The notes under the pieces were generated by a model. The model was not told where the DNA came from and made no database searches. It saw only the letters and a list, made by a program, of their open reading frames with translations. The position numbers and the translations under genes were made by a program. A stretch of DNA of 63,909 nucleotides, counting the filler, from Klebsormidium nitens (taxonomy: Eukaryota; Plantae; Klebsormidiophyceae): assembly GCA_000708835.1 (NCBI GenBank). It is 6 parts of 6 records of this genome, joined end to end, with 100 filler letters (N's around TTAATTAATTAA, not from the genome) between each part and the next. Parts side by side here need not be neighbours in the genome. Positions count along the whole stretch, not along the records: positions 28,171 to 41,778 come from DF238060.1; positions 41,879 to 61,111 come from DF237938.1; 4 more parts are not named here. One strand, written 5' to 3'. Shown here one piece after another: positions 37,851 through 50,124 of this stretch. The first letter of the stretch is position 1. Each line of letters starts with the position of its first letter.

Positions 37851-38542
37851 AACACTTGATCTTTATGAAACTCAACGCTGGTCGTCTTATGGCAAACCGC
37901 AGCACGCCCAGTTTCGGGACTATTTCGAGTCTGATTGTGCATATGAAAGAGTCTTGACTGCTTGTCCAAACTCAAGGATCTTGCAAATCCTTCAGATTCA
38001 GTTTGCTTTTCAGATATAAGTGTAGTGTGATTTCTGCTCTTAAAACGCATCTTCTGTGCATTGCAGGCATTGAATTTTCCTTTTGACTTCCCCGCCTGGC
38101 TCACGCTATGCACGAGGCCAGATCGAATTCTGATACCTTTGCACGCGCCGATTTGTCCATGGCCCCACCAACATCGTGAGGGGCTTTAGCCCCACCAACA
38201 ACGTGGGTAGCTGTGCGTTGTACTACATGTGTCAATAATGTGCTGTGCAATACTGTTGAGATTAACCTGTGCTATGGAGAATTTGTTTTAAGAGGTTCGA
38301 GTTTTACAAACGGAAGGTCAGTTGGGAGCCACGGTAGACAACTATAATTGGACTGTGTTGTGGGGATCGACATGCTCGTCATATCCGCGTTAGAGATCAC
38401 GGTGTGTTTGGACTCACCGAAGGCGAGAATAGCAGAGGTTACTGCCAAGGTGTTACTTGTTGCAGCTGTACCATTAAACCATTATTATCCATGTGGTATT
38501 CAAAAGATGGTTCCCAAATATCTGAACGTCTCAAATCAGGGG

Positions 38543-40244
38543 ATGCATGCTGATTTCATGGAGAAGAGGAAACGGCATTCGACTCTGGCAGAGTCTTTGT
38601 CACCATATGTCGAGATGCTTTTGCAGTGGTTGCAGGCTAGGGCGTGGACATGTTCTGTTGTCGGTAGTCAGGCCATGCAATTTGTGCTGTCGAATGATCC
38701 TTCCGCGCTTGCCACTCCTGCCGACAGGCTTGCATTTGTACCAAATGATTGGGACATCTGGGTGCTCGTTTCAGATGAAGCCGCTGCAATTGACGCTTCG
38801 ACGCAGCTTTGCAATTACTTTAAGGTGCTGCTCGATCACATGAGACAGGACAAAGCGTTGCGTCGAAGACGATTATATACCGTTGCGAATGGTGCAGACT
38901 GTGCCGTGGACCTCACTCTTGCAGACATACCATATCCTGCGCGGTGGACAGGTATTGCTCTTGGCGATCGCAACCAGAGGTACATCGATGTGCAGGTGCT
39001 CGATCTCGGCCGGATAAATGTCACGGACAGGTTTCGAAACGCCTACATAGCACCAGGCACGCCCTATCTGAACCTCGAAGGGTGTATAACTTTTATCGAA
39101 CTCATCAAGTCCAAGCGAAAGGATAAGAAATACAACATTGATGGTATCCGGCAACGTGTTTTCAGTGCTTATCTACTTCGACAGATGGGGACGCCACAAA
39201 AGGTGGCGTACTGGTACCAAGCGGTGGCGAAAACGTTCACGGACGTTGTTTAGCGGAACCGACTTCCTCACACGAAACAAGGGGACCACTGGACGGCTGC
39301 TGCTCAGGTCGCTAGAACATTCGAGTGCGAAAGAGATGGAAGAATGCGAAGCGCGTCTGATCGAAGCACTGCGGCCGACAATGAATGCAACGATAGAGGC
39401 CATTGAAGAGAAACTGGTCGAGCGTGATATAGGCCACATCTTTATCACGGGAGGTGACGCCATGCGTCGATTTAATAGCACCATAAAGGTCTCGAAGGAC
39501 ATCGACACGAAGATCTATGTGAAGTCTGGGCGGCACGTCCACGATGCGTTGGATGTGGCGACAAATCTCTGCGCAAAGGCGGTCACCATGATGATACAGT
39601 TGCGTGGAAGGATTCTGCCGAGGAACATTAAGAAGGTCGTGTGCGGAACGCCAGTGGGCCTCCTTTACACGGATAAAAGGTCTGACAACTTGCAGTTCCG
39701 ATTGCGCTACCTGCCAGCAGAGACGGACGGGAGGCCGCGTCTCATAAGTATCGATTAAAGGATGCAAATCAGAGTGGGAAATATCGAATTCGATCACAAC
39801 ATTCCCGTACTGGATGTAGTCATTCAGAGATCGCCTTCAGGAGGGGCCTCTATCATTGAAGGGGCGAGACCACCGTACGCTGCCCTGAATTGGTTGGTCC
39901 ACGACCTCAAGGAGACATGGGGCTCGAGCTCAAGAGCCCGTCAAAGGGTCTGGGCGGGGAAGAGAGAGAAGAACAGATCGCGCCTCGAAAGCCTCGAAAA
40001 GCTGCTGAAGGCAGGCAAGCAACCGGAAGAGGGCGGTCTGGGGGCAACCAATAAACAGATGTTGGCATACCTCTTGGACGACCGGTGTGCGACAAAGATA
40101 CCGGACTATCTGGAGCTATTCAAGTGGGCAGAGGACCGCAAACGCTACTTGGGCCCCCTCGACAAGAAGAGCAGCAAGCAAAAGGTCCCCTTCTCACAGA
40201 GTAAGCTCCTCGAATGGCGCAGAGAGATGCGGCAGCACAGATGA
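38543..40244 (+). pseudogene. Intronless tandem Pol-beta-family nucleotidyltransferase, NCLDV-type; one frameshift and one premature stop
   Basis: Domain 1: VVGSQAM...NDWDIW...YIDVQV. Domain 2: FITGGDAM...SKDIDTK...LDVVIQ...KREKNRSRL. Frameshift near 39247; in-frame TAA at 39756-39758 followed by the same frame continuing. Confidence 0.75.
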
Positions 40245-40407
40245 CTTTATCGGACGGCAAGGCAGTCACCGCTGGGGGGTGGCTAACGAGCACAATTCTT
40301 AATCTTTGTCTTTGCCAACTCTCTTGCCCTGCTAAGTAGTTGTCGTCCTTTCCCAGCCTTGCGTGCATGGCAAACACCTCCCTGCGCTTCATACGGAAGT
40401 CGGAAGG

Positions 40408-41420
40408 TTAAGGTGCACGTGAAGGCGTTGGGATCTGCCGCTCTCTCACGGGGACCTCTCTCTCCACTACTTTGGGAGTGATGAGCTGCTTCGGGGGCGA
40501 GGGTACAGGGGCGACATGTCGCTTAGGAACTTCAGGCACTGCAGGGGCTGCAGGAATTGCAGGGGCTGCGGGAAGTTCGAGCCTTGAAAATGTGTGCCTG
40601 TATAGCTTCAGTGATGTAGCCCAGAAGAAACCTGCGCTCTCCATGGCATCTCTGAATCTTAACGTGCCCATACCCTGTCTCGCTGGGCCCACGGTCATGT
40701 CCGTCTGGTTGTAGACCAGACCGTCAAATCTGAGGTTTTGATAACATGGCAATCGCTGCTTCCCCTCCTCAAGGATGCCGTTGAAGTATCGTCCCATGAA
40801 CTCGCCGTATCGGACGACTTTTCCAAGGAACGTAGCTCTCTCCAACTTTTGCAGTAACCGGATGATCCCGTACGGGGTCTCGAAGTAGACCTTCCTTGTC
40901 GCGCGAAATGCAAAGTTGAGCTGGCTGCGCTCGACGGCCATAACCACAAATGGTTTCTGAGCGACGGTCTTGCACGTGAACAGAGGCACGACTGCATTCT
41001 GCTCTGTAATGCCGTCCAGAACCCAGATCATGTCGGAGTGACACTCTTCTCGCTTTGCCATGTCCGACGCGCTAATGTTGCTGTGCTGGATCTCGATCAC
41101 GGTTCCATCCTTATTGACAATGTCGGCCATACACAGGACATTTCTCCCGTCGGTCAAGGTGCGGCGAACCGCCACCTGCACATGCTCTTGCTGGCACTGG
41201 TCCTGCCAGGAGCTGTGCCACGGCGTCATGGGCTCTGAGCTGCTCGCATACGCGGTGCACTTTGCCTCGTGGCTGAAGTGGTGAACCAAGACGACGCCAC
41301 GTTTGGCAATCAACTTGCCTTGGCATGCACCGCAGCTTATATTGCCCTTCATTGTATGGCTGTACTCTTTGATGTGTACACGCTCTCCATTGTGGCGTGC
41401 AGTTAGGAAAGACTTGTTGC
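40408..41420 (-). CDS. CoiA-like PD-(D/E)xK nuclease with N-terminal Zn-binding motif and Pro-rich tail
   Basis: CGACQGKLIAKRG...HHFSH...MTPWHSSWQ...MADIV...VIEIQHSNIS...REE...MIWVLDG. The frame stays open upstream of the Met at 41352 (ARHNGERVHIKEY). Confidence 0.75.
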
Positions 41421-41468
41421 ATGAATTGACCGAGTCAAGTCCCTAAGCCTGCCGACGCGCGAGGAATG

Positions 41469-41741
41469 TCATGGGCCCATGCGTGGACGGGTCGGGAGCA
41501 ACTCAAATGTATTCGAAATATCACGGGAGCGCGGTCTACAAAGGGGCACTTGAGGTGCACGTGCGGCGTCATACAGGACTAACAGAGGGGGGTCGTCCTG
41601 TTGGGGTGTGTAAGGCCCATTGAGCGCGATAAATCGAATCTGCACATTTCGATGGATTCGGGCTCTCAACTCATCCATGATGTTGTAACGGCACGACTGC
41701 GCACCGACTTTTGGCTGCGCGCCAAATTCGCGGCCGCGCAT
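41469..41741 (-). CDS. Small intronless hypothetical ORF, possibly viral
   Basis: MDELRARIHRNVQIRFIALNGPYTPQQDDPPLLVLYD... lies in the same orientation just upstream of the CoiA-like gene. No motif recognised. Confidence 0.3.
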   Translation of the reverse strand: MRGREFGAQPKVGAQSCRYNIMDELRARIHRNVQIRFIALNGPYTPQQDDPPLLVLYDAARAPQVPLCRPRSRDISNTFELLPTRPRMGP

Positions 41742-41994
41742 CGTCCGTTACTATACGCTATCGACTTATTTGATATATNNNNNNNNNNNNNNNNNNNNNN
41801 NNNNNNNNNNNNNNNNNNNNNNTTAATTAATTAANNNNNNNNNNNNNNNNNNNNNNNNNNNNNNNNNNNNNNNNNNNNTGTAGCCGACTTTGGACAGCTG
41901 GGCGGGGCCGCGCCAAAATTTAAGAATCGAGTGCTCGTTGCAGGCAATCCCTGCTTGCAGAAACTGATTCGATACATCCCCGAGGGGCTGTCCT

Positions 41995-44900
41995 ATGTTC
42001 TTAGGTAACACGGCGCCGAAGAGATTTGGCACTGGCACTGGGGCCAAGCAGGCAGAGAAGAAAGCAAAGCAGACGCCGTTTGAGACGTCCCCAAGCAACA
42101 TGCGCATGGCGCAGATGCAGATCAAGGAGCCATTTCTAAAATGGTTGCCTATGGAGGAGCGGGACATTAAGTTGAACAAGTATGTCGGGGGCCGGTGCGA
42201 TTTTGAGGGAATAGACTGGCTGCTGAGGAAGTGGGTCCTCCCCGCTTTGGACGTTGTATGTGACACGTTTGGCTACGACAAAATCAAAAGAAATGCAGAC
42301 AAGGCTCAGTAACACTATTATCCCGTGCTTGATAACAATGCTAGCCAAGCAGGATAAGTCGGACTCGAAAAACAAGGTGGGCTGCGATCCTGAAACAATC
42401 TCTCTGATTGATTTGGACGATACGTTCAGCGGCACGCAGCTTGCGGCGCTCTTCAAGCGGGGTCTGCAACAGATGGACCTTGGTTTGGCAGCAGCACCGC
42501 CCCTGTCGAAGCGGGTGAAGGACTTGCTCGAGGAGCGCGACAAGGTGGCGGGGAAGCTGCTGGCTCTGCTCAAGGCCATCGACAGCGAAGTGTCGCCTGC
42601 TGGGGAGGATGCCACCAACAGAGGCAGCGCGCGTACAAGCCCTCGTCCAGAAGAGGATGAGGACGGGGTCACGTTCAGAGCTCAGGAAGGCCTCCCAGGC
42701 GATGTGAGCGGAGCAAAGTTGGGCGAGGGAGAGGAGGGAGACGAGGGAGAGGGGGGAGAGGAGGGAGACGAGGGAGAGGAGGGAGAGGAGGGAGACGAGG
42801 GAGACGGAGAGGGACCCCAAGGAGGAGATGCAAAAGCGTCTGAGGCCATGGATGAGGACACTGTCAAGGTTTGTCTGCATAGCATTGCCATTTCAAGCTC
42901 CAAAACTTGTTGGGACTGCAATGCTAAATTCAAGTCCGCAGGATGCATAGGTGTACATCAATGCGCAACAGTCCCTATGCAGGTTTAGGATCTTGGCAAA
43001 CATTCCCTGCAAGACCTTCTCCTTGTAGTAGATTATCGGTATTCCATCCTCAAGCACTGCAGCAAAATTGTAACGATTTCTGAAGCACTGCAGGAAGACC
43101 TCAAGCCTGAACCTAGCCTGCTTCTATGTGCCTTCCATTTGCTCTTTGCTACCTTGTCTGTTGATTTTTGCAAGTGATAGTCAGGCTTGCCCTTTGACTA
43201 AATTAGTTTGACTTGTTCATTCATCTCCGTAGGAGGAGGAGCAGACAAGAGGGGAGGCCATGGTGGAAAACTTCAAGGAGCACATTAAGCTCAATTACGA
43301 TGACGAAAAGGTGAACTCCTTTGACAAGCCTCTACATCTGGCTGATCTCGTGCATTTGGTTGATCTTGTGCAGTGTCCGGACTAAAGTTCAGGTGCTCCT
43401 TGTCGTCTGAAACCAAGGTTTTGGTCCAGTCATTGTGGATATTTGAAGCAGCTAAGCCAGCATCAATAATAGCGTTCGCATCGCAATCGTATCATACTGA
43501 AGCCTACCGCATTTGCTGATTGTTTTGGGTTTTCTTACAGATGGTTAACGAGGAGCCCAATAAAGACGAGGTAAGGACAGTGCACATCTTCTGTCCCATC
43601 ATGCTGCAACAAGGAGGATTTGTGATGCAACCTGCCTTTCACCTGCGTTCAACCAACTTCAAACAGGCCACTTCGTTCAGAGTGTTGTAGCTGGCCAAGA
43701 ATGTTGTGGCTGTTCCTTGAGCTTGCTGCTTATTGTGTACAGGTTGAAACGCCAAGAGACACATCAGCAGCTGCGGCGCCAGCGGAGGTGGGGGACAGCC
43801 CAGGAAGCTCCTATGGGCCGAGCCATCGCCATGAAGACGACAGTCGGGGCCTCCTACCGCCGAGGTCCACGATGGACCTCGGCACGTACGTGCACGTCAC
43901 GAAGCTGCACGATGACTTCTTGAAGAATGTAAAGGAGTGTAAGGGGGACGATACTGTAGCGGTAGGTACAGCTCTTTGGTTATCCCCCTTTTGCCCTTCA
44001 CATGCTTAATGCAAGACTGAATGCTCTAATCTTAGTAGGAGGATTTTAGCACAGCTAGTTCGCAGCAATCTGAGTATGAGCTATCGTGATGCATGCCGTG
44101 ATTGGGAATCGCCCTTGAAGATAGGGCTGCTGCTGTATTTCAGAAGCGGTGGCGGTATCTGGACTGGAATTTGTGGGCATCCGTTAGGTTGTCTTCAGAG
44201 CTTGTAGTCTGCAGAAGCGGTATGTAGAGCAATGTTTTCCAACAATGCAGAGCATTATCTCACCTTAGTCCTGATCTCCGAACCATTTGGCAGGAGTGGC
44301 GTTCGGGCAAAGGGAACGTGAGCCAGGTTGTGTTTTACACGACCGAGTATGCGAAGTACAACGTGGAGAATGGACGATACGGGTCCATTTACGGCCAAGG
44401 GTATAACGTCAAGAAGTGGGTGGGGGCAGAGAACGTGCCAATGGCGGTCATCAAGGTAAGCTTTCGAGGGGCTGTGCTTCTCATTTGTGCTTAATTCCAT
44501 CGTCGGAACGTGTGCTGGCTTAGCTGTAGGCTATCATACTCTTGAGTTGATGAGGCCTGAGTGTGAAATCTCATCGGACCATGACTACCCAAGTTTGTGT
44601 GGGACAGTGTATAAACTTCTGACGCTACCCATTTTGTACTCTACCACCTGAACGCTTTAGGGAAGATACTTCTGATTCCGGGGTTTTTCTAAGGGGTTCT
44701 CCTAACCCAAAGGCCTTAACCCTTGGTCAAGGTTACCCGTAATATCTAAGCGTAAACCATGTTTAATCCACCTTGTGAACAGGACAAGGTTACTGTTGTA
44801 ATGCAAACAGAGAACGAGACTGTTCATACATAAAGAATTGGTGAATTAACAAAGTAAGCGAAGGGTTTTTCCATGCTGTGCTGTAAGGCCTCAGGAAGCT

Positions 44901-46456
44901 TGTTTGTCCCGCCGAGGAGGGTATCTTCTTCTGCTCTGCAGGGTTGGAGACTTCCCCTCTACTTTTCAAGACTCCCTCCTGCTTCTTGTTGTGCACGCCC
45001 TATTTCAGGCCAGTGTATCCCGTTCCTTGATACTTTTTGGCTCTCCCCCTCCCACCTATCAGATACAATTCTGATCCTGGCGTTGTCCTGAATAGTGAAG
45101 CTCTTTTTTAGAATCCTCCCTGCTTGTGTCCTGCCGATTGTGGCATTATTGTTGGTGCTTCCTGCCCCTGTAAACATCATGTTGTGCTCCTTCTCAAAGT
45201 TGGACCTTGGTGATCTGCACGCCGAGAGAGGGTCTCCCTCTTTTCTCTTGCAGGATTACTCCCTTCCAGAGCATTGCTCCTGCGCCCTGCGCTACTCTCC
45301 CTGCCTTTCAGATTAGTCGATTTTCTATTTCCAAGTTTCTTTCTTTCTTTCTTTCTTCCTCTCCTCCTACGACTTTGCTGGTTCCCAGAATCAGCCCAAC
45401 TCTTGTCAATCGATTTCTTGCACCACACAGTCTGCTCGTGGGTTGCTTGATTTACTCTCTACTCTCTGGTTGCTGCAAAGCTTCTGGAGGTAGGCAGGTT
45501 GGCCAAATTTTCTGGCTCGATTGGTCGTGGAAATTCCCTCAAATGCTATTCCCACATGAGAGGCAGCAGTTGGTGGTGCTGGCTGTTCTGCTGTTGGTCT
45601 GCTCAGTAGCGGTCTGATAGAGCGTAGTATGAGTGCATTTCTTTCGTCAAGCACGTTGAAAGCCAGGCGACATCTTTATGGGCGTCACTGCTTCTCAATC
45701 CACAGATAGGGCAGAACGGCAAGTTGGAAGTGGGGGCCGTCGACGCGGCAAACGAGCAGATCAAGGAGTGGTGGGCTGCGACGAACCCAGGGAAGGCCTT
45801 CGACGATTCCTTGCTTACAAGTGCGGCTCAGCTGGAGAAGCTCATTGAGATAGCGGAAAAGAAGCTGAAGAACGAGTGCGGCTTGCCGCCGAACAAGGCG
45901 AAGCTGCCGGCGGGCTCTTACGAGCTGGGGCAATTTTACTACATGCAGAATGTGAGTTGGGCACAAGACCTTACCTCTTTGATATTGCGTGATTGGAAGG
46001 GGCTATGATCTGGGGACGAATTTGCTCGGCCGGTTCCACAATTGATTGGCAATCTGTCGGCCACTTTCTGTTAGGCTTTGCTGGACTGCAGTACCTTTGG
46101 CGTTGTTTGGAGGTAACACGTAGTAGTGCCCTATTGCAGAACTTGAGCGACCTGTAGATTGAGTTTGTTCTTTCTGATTCGTGCAGTGTCACGACTTCCT
46201 GACCCTGCCCTTAGAGCATGCACCGGGCCTGTCGACGTATGCCTACCTGGAGGCTGAGCTCCTCATCTCGTTGGGCCAGCGGGCTGCCTCGTGGTCCAAG
46301 AAGGACTTCCAGAAGCGCATCATGAATGACTTGAATCGCCGCATTTCGCGGCAGAGAAAGATTCTGGACCAGGGAAACCGAGCCGTGATGAAGAAACACT
46401 GGCAGGCGCATGGCGACGCGGCCGACTACGATGAGTTGGTTGTTAGACTAGTGTAA
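41995..46456 (+). CDS. Unknown multi-exon protein with acidic (GE[E/D])n repeat; 5' end near a gap, probable frameshift near 42280
   Basis: Coding-like exons with splice sites: ..MDEDTVK|gt (~42867), EEEQTRGEAMVENFKEHIKLNYDDEK, MVNEEPNKDE, VETPRDTS...DDTVA, ..IWQEWRSGKG...PMAVIK, IGQNGKLEVG...FYYMQN, CHDFLTLP...ELVVRLV-stop. Confidence 0.55.
42722..42812 (+). repeat. Purine-rich 9-bp coding repeat (GAGGGAGA[G/C])
   Basis: Encodes GEGEEGDEGEGGEEGDEGEEGEEGDEGDGEG. Confidence 0.85.
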
Positions 46457-48652
46457 GACAGCAAGCGACTTGTTCAAGACATTCGAATTCGGTCATGAAG
46501 TTGGGAAGTTGGTTGGACCAGTGATGGTCTGTGGTGGCCACCGTGACAGAAACTTGTCGAAATGATAGGTGATCAAATGGTTCTTTGTTACTTCTTGATA
46601 TCCTGTTGAGAGGCTTGTTGAAAAATCGATCGAGTCCTGTACAGCCTGTCTGTCTACAGATTCCGTCTTTCTTACAGCAAGGCACATGGGCGGGCCAGCT
46701 CTTACTGCTTGCTGCAACTTTGGTTTGCACGTATGGCATGCAAACCCTGCTTACAGAATGGTGATATTGGCCCAAAAGACAGATTTCAAGTCTGCGCTTG
46801 TGAGTGGACACTCGGAACTTTGGATGCATATCGACATGCGAACATGCCATGGCCCGCGATAATCTTGGTGCGCATGATCCGATGATGGTCATTGCCGCTA
46901 GAGCTAGGGACATCTTAATTGTGTCAAAATTGCATCTTGTGCTCGCTGCTGCCATCAATATACCATGTCCTTCCCTGTTCGAGTATCCACGCTAAACATC
47001 GAGCTTTAGCGCGCCATGTTTCGTGCGACGATATACATAGTCAAGCGGACACGTAAAGGCCGCAGGCTCCTTCCAAAGTAAACGCATGCAGCGGCACATA
47101 TTGCATCATATCCCACGAGCCTGACGGGACTCAGCCGTGTATGCGCTGCATCCGGCATTTAATAGAGTGGCCTGGGCCCAACCAAACTTAGATCGGATCA
47201 AAGTCCAGGCGAACAAACATAAGCCAGAATTTCGTCACAGGGGCATGCATCCACCAATCCTTGCATGACGAGAAGATCGACATCACCGTGACATGATCAA
47301 TTTTGACTGTACTTGTCTTGCATCATAATCCTTCCACACGTCGCGAGATCGTCCAGCAGCTGGTTCGCTGCGCGGCGAGATATCCGCCGATCCTTAACTT
47401 TCACCTTTCTTGACGTACTTGCCGGCCTTGGCCTGCTTGTCGTTTGGTCTCAGCTGCAGCGAACAGGCGGACACGTGTCAGCATCTAAGAGGCTATTGAG
47501 CGTTGAAAGCACCTTGACCGATTCACATGAGTCCGGAGAAGAACGACGGTCCCCGCAGGACAAGAGGCCGAGAAGCACGATGACAGGCGCATGTACCCTG
47601 CCAAGCTACTTGGTGTGAGAGAATGATTGTGTGCTTTTTAAGGTGTGAGAACTTATGGACGTTACCATCCTAGATGCTGCAAGTTACCTGGAAGGAACGT
47701 TTATGTCCCAATTTTGGATGACGCCGGCTCTTCAAAATGCTGCTGCCGTAGGATGTTAAGAGGAGAACTGCTCAAAAGCAACCCAGGACTCGCCGTCCTT
47801 CCACGTTGCCTTTGCGTTGACGACCTGGGAAATTGGGACTGACTGCAATACCGAGCTGGTGTAACGGTGTGGAATTGCGAGTGATTGACGAAAAGCGTCG
47901 CAGGATCAGAAACGAGTGGATGGGTTGCTTTGCAAACCAGTTTTCCAGCCAAAGAGCTGACGCACATGAATTTGCATAGGAATTTCACAGGCGGAAGCGA
48001 TGCTGGAAGGGGGTTTCTTCTAAGTTGACGAGAAAGAGGATAATCGTTTTCAGGGTGTGTCATAATGTGGTCAGAGATTGGCCACTCAGGAGGCGGAAAT
48101 GATACGAAATGAGGATACATGTAAGAACTCGTTTTGCCACTGAATTCTGGAGGTATGTACCGAGTTGGGCGAGAGGGACGGTTGGGATTCTCAGACAGCG
48201 TGGCCCCAGCGAATCTGTCGGAGAGCATCTTGATCGGGTTCAGCACAAAACGGGGTACCGACCTGGAAGGAAGACGCAGGGGTAAAAAGCGCGCCAACTA
48301 AGGATGCATTATCTTCTAAAAACAACGAAGAGCAGCCCCGACTAAGTGTGATTCAAAGTATAGATCTTGAATCACTCTTGGGAGATAAACCAAGGCTTAA
48401 GGAATACGGTGCACGAAAATTTCCTACCACACCTTCCTTGTCAAGGGCCGCGTAACTACAATGTGGCTGGTCACATCACGCCCTTCTTTCCGAAATGCGC
48501 TCGCCCTCGCTTTGAAGAGCGTCCTCTTCTAAGGTTGAAACTGGCACGAAGCCCGCAACTCTATCAAAATCAAAAAAGATACTTGTAAGGTGACCGCATT
48601 GCAACTTGTAGGGTTGGTTTGAGGGTTGGAGTCGTCACCTGGGGGCACAAAG

Positions 48653-49471
<819 letters not shown>

Positions 49472-50124
49472 GCTGCTGGCCGCGCTGCGCCAGAAGTCAC
49501 TGTTGGCTGAGGACTAGCAGCGTCCAGCACTACAAGCTCCTCCTGTACTGCCTAGCTTGAATATGCTGGCCCCAACAAACCGTTGAAGATAAACATCCTC
49601 ATAGTACAAAATCTATGTTTACGGATACATGGGACAGGGGCTTTGGCCTGCCCACGAAGACCACCACTAGCAGTTGCTACGTGTAGGACCTAGCCTCTCT
49701 GCTCCATTCTCTCTAATAGCGCTGTTGACAGCCTGAGCTAATACCTGCGTAGCATGGTGGGCCGGTGGCAGAAAGTTGGAGTACATTTCGAGCTTCAACT
49801 TGTTCAAGCAAGTTCCATTTTCCAAGAAACTGTGAGGAGCCCAATGCCAAATTTATACCGTTACCACAGCGATTACCAAAACACGTCAAACTTTGCAAGC
49901 TCGGTTCTACTTGATATTGTTCGCATCGAAGAGAGAACACGGCGTTTATTGCGTGATGTTTTGCTTTTAGTGGTTGAACGGCAAGCAATCCGTTGCAAAC
50001 CTCTTGCAAATACAAAATGCTGAAAACTGAAATCACCTAAATTTGTCATCTTCCCTTCAGCCTCAGCAGGCTCAGGCTCAGGCGTTTCAGTCTTGTTCGG
50101 GAGGGGAAGCTTGGCAAACGCATC
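49472..50124. promoter_or_regulatory. Candidate bidirectional promoter between ELP3 fragment and RBM28
   Basis: The two start codons are divergent and 653 bp apart. Inferred from position only. Confidence 0.4.

Larger units (their letters stand above)
28171..41778. mobile_element. Putative giant-virus (NCLDV)-derived endogenous element remnant
   Basis: Cluster of compact intronless ORFs with NCLDV-type motifs (penton/minor-capsid-like, tandem NTase, CoiA-like nuclease, XPA-like). Several are disrupted. Bounded by assembly gaps, so the true ends are unseen. Confidence 0.7.

Noticed and set aside
44270-44456. Ulp1-protease-like look of the exon FYTTEY...GYNVKKWV
   Set aside because: No catalytic HW or QxNxxDCG motifs in the following exons.
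47701-48297. 198-aa minus-strand ORF downstream of the ELP3 fragment, and the 310-aa ORF at 12349-13281
   Set aside because: No recognisable motifs, no consistent splice structure and no ELP3 similarity; coding status unsupported.
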